DNA of 64,000 bases from Raillietiella orientalis (lineage: Eukaryota). Of this stretch, positions 13,309-22,449 are shown in pieces. Position 1 is the first letter of the stretch; each line of letters starts with the position of its first letter. The notes below the pieces were generated by a model. It had not been told where the DNA came from. It searched no databases and saw only the letters and a program-made list of their open reading frames with translations. A program made the translations under genes and the position numbers. The stretch is taken from contig JAYWIR010000036.1 in NCBI GenBank assembly GCA_036172245.1, positions 1,426,001 to 1,490,000 of the forward strand, read 5' to 3'.

Positions 13309-13716
13309 TCAGTACCCTGCCGCCAGCCGAATCTCGTCTCCGTGGACCTCGTCCCACAAGCGGAGCGCCAGGAACACGATCTCCGCGTTCTTCCGGAAAC
13401 CGGTGTCCCTCTCCAGCACCTCGCCGTACAGAAAGTCCATGAACCGCTTCTCGTCCTTCTGGCCCTCCAGGAACACGTAGTACAGGTCCTCCACCGCTAA
13501 GACGCCGTGCAACCGCAGACGCTGATCGAAGACAGAGCCAATCCCAGGGATCTCCCTCACGCGGTCGCTCAGCTGCCCGTTCCTGACGAAGTGCTCGAAC
13601 TTCTTCGAGTTCAGCAGTCTCGTCTTTTTGGAACCCCACTTCTTCCTCTCGATCTCAGCCTGCAGCGTGGGGAATCTCCCGAGGAACTGGAGGTTGCTCA
13701 TAACCCCGCAGGGCAT
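13309..13716 (-). CDS. BAF-like protein C, identical second copy (right arm)
   Basis: The translation is identical to 4085-4492 and the coordinates mirror (x <-> 17801-x). Confidence 0.85.
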   Translation of the reverse strand: MPCGVMSNLQFLGRFPTLQAEIERKKWGSKKTRLLNSKKFEHFVRNGQLSDRVREIPGIGSVFDQRLRLHGVLAVEDLYYVFLEGQKDEKRFMDFLYGEVLERDTGFRKNAEIVFLALRLWDEVHGDEIRLAAGY

Positions 13717-15854
13717 TTTGCTGGCGAACGGTTACTCGCACCGCCTCGGCAGCGTCCGTCCGCAACTCTTTCCGACGATCGTTCGGTGGGGGTGAGGGAA
13801 GGGGGGGCAAACCGCACTGACTTCTTTCCTTCCTGCTTGCAGCGTATTCGGACAGCAAGCGCGCTCCCGGAAAAGCCGTTCGGTCGACAAGGCGGTCAGA
13901 AGAGTGGAAGAGGGAGGAAATACTGGAAAGCTCCTCGCGTCTCCTAGGAGACCTCTGCATTGTAAACGCGCCCAAGCTGATGGGGCGGTCGGTTTTCGAA
14001 GGTCGGGTCGGTCTTCGTTGACCGTGTCAGGGTGCGACAGGGGGGTGGACCGATCGCGAGCGAGAAACGGAGCGGGAGTGGGGCGGGTCAGCATGTTGCG
14101 CCACACATCGTCCCATGGCACAGCCTCGTATCCCGAGCAAGCTATCGACCACGCGCGATACGAGGATTCCGCGGTACATCGGCGGGAGTGCGGCGGGGCG
14201 GCGGAGGCGGAGCAAAGGATGGTAGGGCAGGCAGGAGCCACCGTCGGAGGGGATTCTTACCTCCAGCGGCCTCAACTGGCCAGCAGAGGAGCCGCTCGTC
14301 CGCGGGGAGCAGCCTCAACCCAATTCTATGGTCATTCTCTATGAGTCATTCAGAACCTAACCACCATTCTTGGAGATCTGCGGTCGCTCAGCGTCCGGCC
14401 AGCCGGGCGGGACCTTGGGCGCGCGCCACGCACCCGCCCGACTCCTGTCCCTCCCTCCTGCGACCGAGCGCCACCTGTCGCCGCCGCGACCTTCTTCCGG
14501 ACGAAGACGCTTGTGTGAGCGCGCGTCAGGTCCGCAGCAGGTGCGCGGTGGGCGGGAGGAGTCACTGCCGGCGATTCCCGGCGGAAGGGATGCGGATCGC
14601 GTGCTCCTCCATCTGCATCGGGAGCGAGCTCGTCGGAGGGCGCATTCGGTAGGGGGGCGGAGTCGACGGGGGGCTCCTCTGGATGGGTGATCGCGGGCGG
14701 CATCGACGCTTCGGGGCGACTGCCGCACGGGAGCGGTGGTGGCGGGCTCTTCCGGGGGCGTGCACCCGACAAGCGGGCGGTCGTCCCTGCCTGCGCACAC
14801 TCCGCGGCGCGTTCCGCTGCCTGCGTCGGTCGGTCGGCCGCCGGAGGGGGCGATCTCTGCGAACGGCACGGCCAACTCGTCCCCAGGATGGTCCTCGGCA
14901 GTGCTGCCAGACGCTCCCCTCCTCTTGCCCCATCGTCCGCGCGAGACTGCCTCCCTACCTGCCGCCATCGCTCCCTGCGCCCAGCGACGGGGATCCGTCA
15001 TGAGGGCTGGGGCCGCCTCCGAGCTTAGCAGCTGCCGCCACAGTCCAAGAGGTAAGGTGCGCCGGCGAAGGAGTGTCACCTCGTTCGCTTCGCGCCACCA
15101 CCAGTCGGGACGCCGCTGGTCGGTCGTCTCGGGTCGACCCTCCCCTGGGGACGAGCGCCGAGTCTCCGAAGCTCTCTTGGCGCGGGAGGCAGGCGCGCCG
15201 AGAGAGCGCGGAACCACCGCACTGCTGGCGCCTTTGCCGTCGACGGCGGCGGAATGCGGTCGCTACTGGCGTGAAGGCTGCGCGCGGAGGCCAAAGCCAC
15301 CAAGGATGGCTCCCTGCTCCTCATCTGCCAGGCGGGGAGGGTGGTGCTTGCGAAGTTTGCGGCCCATTCGCCTCGCAAAGCGCCGCGCATCGCCGCTCCC
15401 GCGCGTGGCATCTGCGCGCACGCCTCTCCGGGTTCCGAGCGCTCCGCTTCCCCCTGGCACCTCCCTCCTAGCAAAACTCTCTTGACTCTGGCGCTTCCCT
15501 CCCGAGACTCCGGGGGCCTCCTGGATGCCCCCTCCCTCTCCGCCGCTGTGCTGTTCGCCCCTTCTCTGTCGACGGACACTCCGGTCGTTTCGTGCGGGCC
15601 CTCGGCTCCCTTCCGCATTCCTCTCTTCCCCTCTCCCCCCTCCCTTCCCGTGCCCTGGCGCGGCGGCAGGCGAGGCTTCGCATCCCGTGACCTGCTTTGC
15701 TCGTGCAGGCGCGCCACCCTACTCCGAAGCGTAGCTGCCGTAGGGTTTTGCTACGCCCGCATCCAGGCCGACGCCTTGCACCCGGGGCGCTCTCGTCTTG
15801 GTTGCCGCGGGACCCCGGCTGCGGTTGCTTTCGCTTCGACCACTGGAAATGGAA

Positions 15855-16268
15855 TCAGCGGGATGGTGGAGTGGACGAAAGGTTTGTTTTGTTGGGCTGC
15901 AGGTCTACCGAGGAAGACCCCCCCTTGCCCTTCGTCCGTTCCATGGTGTCAAGGCCGTTGTGTTGCCTGAATGCGTACGTAGTCATGACGAGGTGGATCA
16001 GGTAAGCGTTGTCATAGGGGTGTCCTCCAAACGTGTCTTCGTGAAGGTTGAACACGAAGTAGTTGTCGAGCATGCAGTTCGCGAACAGCTGCCCTACGGT
16101 ATATACGTGGTCCGCTCTCCGCAGTGCAGCCAACTCGGCGGTCACGCCGGCAGCTCTCTTGACGACATCCGCGCTTCGCACCTTCTTCGCGAAGCGGGCA
16201 AACTTCCGCGAGCTCAGAACCCTGTGAATCGGTAGCGGCAGGGACTCTGGGAGGGTCTCCTTCAGCAT
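15855..16268 (-). CDS. BAF-like protein B, identical second copy (right arm)
   Basis: The translation is identical to 1533-1946, with mirror coordinates. Confidence 0.55.
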   Translation of the reverse strand: MLKETLPESLPLPIHRVLSSRKFARFAKKVRSADVVKRAAGVTAELAALRRADHVYTVGQLFANCMLDNYFVFNLHEDTFGGHPYDNAYLIHLVMTTYAFRQHNGLDTMERTKGKGGSSSVDLQPNKTNLSSTPPSR

Positions 16269-17348
16269 GGAGAATTTGCAGATGATCTATTTTGTACTCC
16301 TTTCCCCTATCTCTGCGTCGATCGTTGGTGGATCTGTAAGGACGAGGGTCTTCCGGCTTCCAGGGATGATCGCGCGTGCCCTGCTGGCGGTGGCTGCTGC
16401 CGCGTCTTGGAAGTGAAGGGTCGGAAAGGCGGCTGGAGGAGCCCCGGATGGAAGGGTGAGGAGGAGAAGAAACTCGAACGAAGATGAAGTCGAGAGGTGA
16501 TTGTGGACGTTGCCTTGGTGATACCTTAAGGGGGAGGTCTCGAGGCCAATCGACGCCGCTGCGTCGTCACCGTGGGGTGTGGAACACCCCATAGGACCCT
16601 CCTCACCGGGAAGCGTAGCCGCGGCGCGTCTCGGCAGGTCTCTTTGTGGATCGGCGGGAATCCGTGGCCGGGGAGCTGGCAAGGAAAGGGATTCCGCGCG
16701 GATTCAGCTGCTGAACGCGCCTCTCTCCTGGGGTTCGCTCCTGGAAATGTGTCCCCAGCGTGCCAGGTTCACCATATCCATCATCTCTCTTATAAGGTAC
16801 TTCGAATGCGCACACGAGTCTGGTGGATTAACCTGTATGGTGGGTACAAATGAGTTCCGAAGTTGTTCGTGATCTCCGCCAGCCGAGAAAAAGCAATCTC
16901 GACCGCAGTTGGGCTGCGGTTTGCTCCTCTTTTCCGTCTTACGCCTCCTGCAGCAGCGAGAGGTCTGGCAGTAGTTCGCCAAGAGCCCTCGTGGGCAGCC
17001 ATGCCCTTTTGGGTCGCTGTGCCAGTGCAAGTGGTTCGCCTTGCGGCCGGGCAGGGTCCTGGAAGTCGAGAGCCAGCCTGTGCGCTGCGTGCGAAGATGT
17101 CGGCTGATGGATGCTGAATGTTGCGGAGCATGGTGGTGGGTGCACACGCTTGGTCTCTGCAGCGCGGCTCGCAAGATGAGGACTGCGTACTGTTGGACGT
17201 ATCAGAGACGCGCGGGGTGAGACGATACGCAGCCAGCGCCTTCCCGTGCACGAACTGTTCGCGCGGACCTGTCTCCAGCTCAAGGCAGCCGACCGAGGAG
17301 GAGGATGCTGGCACGCGCGGTTCGTTCTACCCTTGGCAGAAGAGGTGC

Positions 17349-17670
17349 CCGGGTTGCCTGCGTGCTTTCGTAAGGAGCGCTGGTCCCTTGAGTCTGCAGG
17401 CGCGTGAGAGCGGCCCCGCCCTCGCGGCGTTGGTCCTACAGAGAGATGGTCACACAGTTCGGCTCCGAAAACAGGAAGTGGAACGAATGGGGTGTCGGCG
17501 GCTGGGGAGCTGAGGGACGTCCAGATGACGTCCATCTCTTCACTGACATTTTGCAGCTCTTCCCGTAACACCTCCGCTCCGGACGCACGAGCAGAGCAAC
17601 AGCGTACAATCAATGGCAGGATGCTGATGCAGGATGCAGGTCTCCGGGAGACGGTTCGTTCAAGTCATCC
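17349..17670 (+). repeat. ~322-bp diverged direct repeat, copy 1
   Basis: Aligns with 19641-19962 (shared CAGTTCGGCTCCGAAAACAGGAAGTGGAACGAATGGG...GGACGTCCAGATGACGTCCATCTCTTCACTGACATT), with scattered substitutions and small indels. Confidence 0.9.
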
Positions 17671-17896
17671 CTGGCGAGGCGAAAGCTCGGGAGAGGCGAA
17701 TGCTGTCGGTGCGCCCTTGAGAAGCTCGGAATCATTTTTGCGCGCAGTCAGTAGGTGGTGGCAGCCGCGGGAAGGACCGCCATCCCAGCATCTGCCCCGC
17801 AACAGAAAGAGACCAAGAGAGAGAGAGAGAAAGAATGAGAGAGGGAGAGTTACTGCGGTTGTTGGAGGTTTCTTTATTCGCGCTGGGCCATTTACG

Positions 17897-18283
17897 TCAC
17901 AAGTGCTCCTTATTCCACATTTCTATTGCAATGAAGGCCACTTCGCAGTTCTCTCGAAACCTCCTATTGCACTGCAGTATCTGTTCATACAGGGAGTTTA
18001 CGAAGGCCTCCTCGTTCCCGCTGCACTCCGTGAACAGGTTGTGGAGGTCATCAATTGTTGAGATTTTGAATCTGCCCAGGTGCTCCGCCATCACTCCGCC
18101 TATCCCGGGCACCTTCCTGACGCTTTCCGTCGGCAGCCTCCGGGTGAACTTCTCCAGCTTTTCGGAGTAGAGAAGCCTTCTCTTCTTGGGGGTCGTCGCC
18201 CTGTGGCCCAGAGTCGGCTCCAGCGTGGCGATGCGCTTCTCTTTGCTCTCCGAGCCCATTCGTTCTGTCCTCACCCTCGGCAT
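17897..18283 (-). CDS. Divergent BAF-like protein D, 128 aa from ATG 18283, with basic NLS-like PKKRR
   Basis: RLLYSEKLEKF...VRKVPGIGGVMAEHL...LFTECSGNEEAF...NCEVAFIAIEMW. First in-frame ATG at 18283; AATAAA on the minus strand at 17878-17873, just past the stop. Confidence 0.8.
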   Translation of the reverse strand: MPRVRTERMGSESKEKRIATLEPTLGHRATTPKKRRLLYSEKLEKFTRRLPTESVRKVPGIGGVMAEHLGRFKISTIDDLHNLFTECSGNEEAFVNSLYEQILQCNRRFRENCEVAFIAIEMWNKEHL

Positions 18284-19640
18284 CTTCGGTCTTTTGTTTC
18301 GGACGGTTCTTTCGAGATTTCTTTCCTCCGTGTGCTCTCCTGTAGCAAAGAGTTCTCTTGGGGTATTTCCTTTGTGGCCGTGAGCCAAATCAAGGTCAGA
18401 AACGTAGGGTTGGGCGGAAGGTTAAAAAAACTCGTGCTCAGGGAGTGGATTTTGGGAAGAATGTGAGGGCGTTCGAGGATTCTAAGCGTAACCAAGGTGA
18501 TCCATTCTCGAGAATGATTAGAAAAGTTGGAAACGAGGGCATTATTGGCAAGACGATCTATAAATGGCCGATGAAGCCACCTCGCCCCTTCTCTCCGCTT
18601 TGGGCGAATCTTGACACGCCTTGGGCTTGGGTGACCTGCATCTGACCCTTCTCACTCCTCCCTCGCACCGGCAACTAATAAAAAATAGTACTCGTGAGCT
18701 CTCGATCTCTCAGCTTCCTCCTTCTCCTTCCTCGACAGGATCTTCCAGTTTCTCTCCGTCCCACGTCACTCTCGCACCTCGGAGCCACTTTCCTTTCAGA
18801 CTCAACCTGCTCGTAGCCCGTGAGCGCGCGCTGCCACGGGCAGTATCTTCCCGTTCCCTCCGCGCAGTGTCTACGCAGAATGACGGGACCGCAGAGCCTC
18901 GATAGGGGGACGGCGGACGATTTTCCGTGGCTGCATTACCCTGACATCGACATGCCATTGGGTCGAGACATACCGTGAGACCCATCATTTGTCCCGGCGA
19001 TCCTCTTCAAAGCCCGCTGGGCCGCTCCTTCCCCTCTGCCCATTTCGAAGGCTCACGATGCGCCTCAACTGCCCGCGCGGGGTCTTGCGGCAGCATGGGA
19101 AGGAGGCGAGGGACGTCCGTCTGCTGTCCGTGAGATCCGGGACGAAACGCGTTCGTCCCCAGGACATCGACTGTAGGCTGCCACGCGACCGCGCGTTGCT
19201 CTGCGTCGAAGGTGGCGTTCAGAACGCCCCTTGCGGCAGCGAATCCGAGTTGCGGCGTTGACGCTCCTGCGGACGGCGGTGGCTTTAGCTGCCTTCTCTT
19301 CCCAGGAAAGAATGGACTAGGCTGCTTCCACTTACTGTTTGCGTTGTCCCATTTCCCGGGAACTCTCCTTGCAGCAGCGAGAAACCTATCGCCCGTTCCC
19401 CGAGAGCCCTTGGAAGCGCCGTCATCTGGCACCGTCCCTCGTGGACCCCACACAGCGCCTTCGTGGCGTGGCGAAATCCCGATCGGAGGCGGAGTGGTGG
19501 GACGATTTTTTCGCTGCTGGCGTTCGCAGCGGCATCCCGAGAGGAAGTGGCGGCTGGCTCGCGGTGGCATCCGCTCTCCCTGTTCACCGAAGAACGGTGG
19601 CCCTCCTGCGACGCCACTTCGATCGGCACTTCGGGGTCGT

Positions 19641-19962
19641 CCGGGTTGCCTGCGTGCGTCCGTAGGAGCGCTGGATCCTTTCGCATGCAGGTGCGTGAGA
19701 GCGACCCCATCCTCGCGGCGTTGGTCCTACAGAGCGATGGTCACAGTTCGGCTCCGAAAACAGGAAGTGGAACGAATGGGATGTCGGCGGCTGGGGAGCT
19801 CAGGGACGTCCAGATGACGTCCATCTCTTCACTGACATTCTGCAGCTCTTCCCGTAACACCTTCGCTCCAGACGCACGAGCAGAGCAACAGCGTACAATT
19901 ATCAAGGGCAGAGTGCCGCTCCAGGATGCAGGTCGCCAAGAGACTGTCCGTTCAAGTCATCC
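19641..19962 (+). repeat. ~322-bp diverged direct repeat, copy 2
   Basis: See 17349-17670. Confidence 0.9.
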
Positions 19963-21231
19963 TCATCGCAGGGAGGACGGCGCGAACGCGTCTTGGGTGC
20001 CCTTCACCTTCCTAAGACTCTTCGCGGTCTCTCGCCTGCCAGCGGGAGTCGGTGCGGTCGCAGCAACGAGAACACCGGCCATTTGCGAGCAGGAGGGGAC
20101 GCTCCTCCTCCCTCGGGGACGGCAGACGCTCCCGAGCCTCTCTGGCCACGCCGGACGCTCCCGGGAGAGACGCCGGCCTGGGCGCCTTCATGCGGCCGGT
20201 TGCCTCCTGGCGCCAGGGGGATTGCCACGGCGCGGAGGAAGGAAGGGAGAGGCAGGGCATCTCCAGGGATCCTTCCCCCCTCTGTTTCTCCTCCTGCTCG
20301 CTCCCACGGGAGAGCGTCCCGCCGCCTTCACTGCTCGGAGTGTGTTGCGAGGACTTGCGCGAGTGTAAGGTGGGAAGGGCGTGCATTCCTCCAGGATTCC
20401 TCCTTCGGGAATCGGGCTTAAATGAGCGGAAGGTGTCGGAATGCAAATCGGATTGGCTCCAGACCCTCCAAGCCCTTTGTTCCAGGACGCGCGAGTATTT
20501 TCGGGAACCGCACGTCGAAGACGTCTACCCTACCCGCTCCTGACGGGAAGAAGGACGGGGTTTCCGGCAGATCCGCTCTCTTCTGCTACCGTCTTTGGCA
20601 TGCAAAAGAGGCGCTTCCACCATGGGAACGTCATCGATAATGGGTAAGACCCCATCCAGATGCCTCCGTCTCCGTGGCTCTCCCGGTCGCTTCCCAACGG
20701 CGGCAGGAGACTAAGAGGGAGAGGGGGGCTTCCCTGGGGCACGGACACGGGCAGCGTGGTCACTCCCCGCCGCTGTCACGAGGGTGCCGTTCTTTCGCCC
20801 CTACCTTCTTCCCTCAGGCAGCCCAGACTGCACGTCACAGACTGGGGAAAGGGGAGGAGGAGAACGGTTGAGAAGGAAGGACGCGCACGTCAGGAGAGCG
20901 CGATCGTCGCGTCCTTCGCGGAGGAGCCGTCTGAGCGCGGTGGGGTCGCCGGACGCCGCGCGCAAAGGACACGTTGCCTGGAAACTGTCTCCTCGGTCAA
21001 ACTTAAAATTCCTAAATCGAATGTTTTTCTCTTCCCCTTTTCGCAGGTGTGCTCTGTGCCAAAGAGTGCAGAGGCTGCTGCGAGCTGCGAGGGAGTCTCC
21101 GCACCTCATCTCTTGTCCGCCTGTCTGGAAGAAGGAGGAGGCTGAGACAAGGAAGCGTTCCCGAGTGCCGCGCAAGCGCAAGATATCCAGCTCGTGGGGA
21201 GTTCTCCTGAGTGTTCCTCCAGGAGCTAAGC

Positions 21232-22218
21232 ATGGAGCCTCTTCCGGGAGCCGTGAACTATGTCACGATATTCCCGGGCGAGGACGAAGGATTCTACGCC
21301 TTCCTGAGGGAGGAGGTCGCCAACTTCTTCTTCCTCATAGGCCAGATTTCTGCGTTGGAGGAGGAGGGGACGCAAAGAACGGATGAGGAAGCGGCAGTGA
21401 TCCCTCCGCCGAAAAGCACTAGAACACCGCCTTCCATCCCAGCCAGGTACGACCGCGCCCTCGGGTCGTTGCCCGAGGAGGAATTCCACCTGACGGACGA
21501 GCAGAAGAGGCTGTTGCTGAGCAGTCTGCAGGTGCCAAAGTCGCGCGAGGACCAGCTCTTCCTGTATCTGGAGAACAGCATCAAAAACTACAGGTGGATG
21601 GTGGCCGCGCAGAGAAACCAGGCGATCAACGCCATGAGGGTCAACCTGAACATGCAGATGAACCAGGAATTCAACGACCACATCAAGTGGCTCTCGAGGA
21701 TCTTCCTCGAGGATGGGAAGATCGCGCACCCCTTCCTGGTGCAAGAGCAGACACAGAGGAGAGCGCCCGCAGTCCGGTGCGCCATCCACGAGCTCGAGAG
21801 AGAGAGGAGGGCCGGCTCGTCCCGGGAGCGGGACTCCGTCGAGAGGAGAGCGAGAGCCTGTCTGGCGGGGGAGGCCACGAGTCTCATACAGACCCTGATG
21901 AACAGCTCCGCTTACACAAAGTTCGTCTCTGATCCCAATCTCTGCAAGTCCGTGCGGTGCATACCGGGAGTGACCCAGAAGTTCCACCTCTACCTCCTGA
22001 ACGCTCACATCGGCACGGCGCAGAAGCTGTACGACGAGTTCTTTCGAAGAGACGGGGACGAAGAGAAGTTTATGATTAGCATCATAAACTCCGTCCTGAG
22101 TTCCGACAAGACCCTGCAGCCCAACGTGCAAGTAGTCTTCCAGGCGCTGAAGGACTGGCACGAGAGGCACTCCCAGAAGGCGCAAGAAAAGGAGGAGGAG
22201 CCAGACGAAGCTCACTGA
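21232..22218 (+). CDS. 328-aa protein E: unknown N-terminal region (~225 aa) fused to a C-terminal BAF-like domain (~21904-22160) and an acidic tail
   Basis: C-terminal SSAYTKFVSDPNLCKSVRCIPGVT...FFRRDGDEEKF...VFQALKDW keeps BAF F10, V11, P14, K18, V20, G25, F59 and W84 spacing. An in-frame stop at 21208-21210 precedes ATG 21232. A probable 5'UTR intron lies at 20644-21046 (GTAAGA...CCTAAAT...pyrimidine tract-CAG). Confidence 0.8.
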   Translation: MEPLPGAVNYVTIFPGEDEGFYAFLREEVANFFFLIGQISALEEEGTQRTDEEAAVIPPPKSTRTPPSIPARYDRALGSLPEEEFHLTDEQKRLLLSSLQVPKSREDQLFLYLENSIKNYRWMVAAQRNQAINAMRVNLNMQMNQEFNDHIKWLSRIFLEDGKIAHPFLVQEQTQRRAPAVRCAIHELERERRAGSSRERDSVERRARACLAGEATSLIQTLMNSSAYTKFVSDPNLCKSVRCIPGVTQKFHLYLLNAHIGTAQKLYDEFFRRDGDEEKFMISIINSVLSSDKTLQPNVQVVFQALKDWHERHSQKAQEKEEEPDEAH

Positions 22219-22449
22219 AGAGAAGGAACACGAAGAGAAAAGGCCGGTCGGAGGACGACCTCTGGCGAACAGTAATGAATCCTTTGTAGCTAAAATATCT
22301 TAGCAACATCAGTGTTTTCTCTGGACGGGACGCGAGCCAAACCGTTGCGGAAGAGGACTCTCGCTCCGGGAGCGTCTCCCGGCGCCAGACCCTCTTGCGC
22401 CGAGCACCTGCACCGCCAGGGAAGCCGCACAGCTCGGATAGCGACGGCT

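Larger units (their letters stand above)
13272..16741 (-). repeat. Right arm of 3,470-bp inverted duplication
   Basis: Mirror of 1060-4529. Identity stops at 13271/4530 and at 16742/1059. Confidence 0.97.

Noticed and set aside
1060..16741. Interpretation of the large inverted repeat as the TIRs of one giant transposon
   Set aside because: No target-site duplication and no transposase. The arms contain host-like genes and the spacer is old retroelement debris.
16868..16897. Weak U2-like match on the minus strand (TTCTCGGC...TGGC..AGATCA)
   Set aside because: Needs several gaps and is too short to distinguish from chance.
21226..22215. 329-aa antisense ORF, and similar antisense ORFs over the other BAF-like genes and the serpin (e.g. 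28430-29479)
   Set aside because: Shadow ORFs caused by GC3-biased codon usage on the sense strand.
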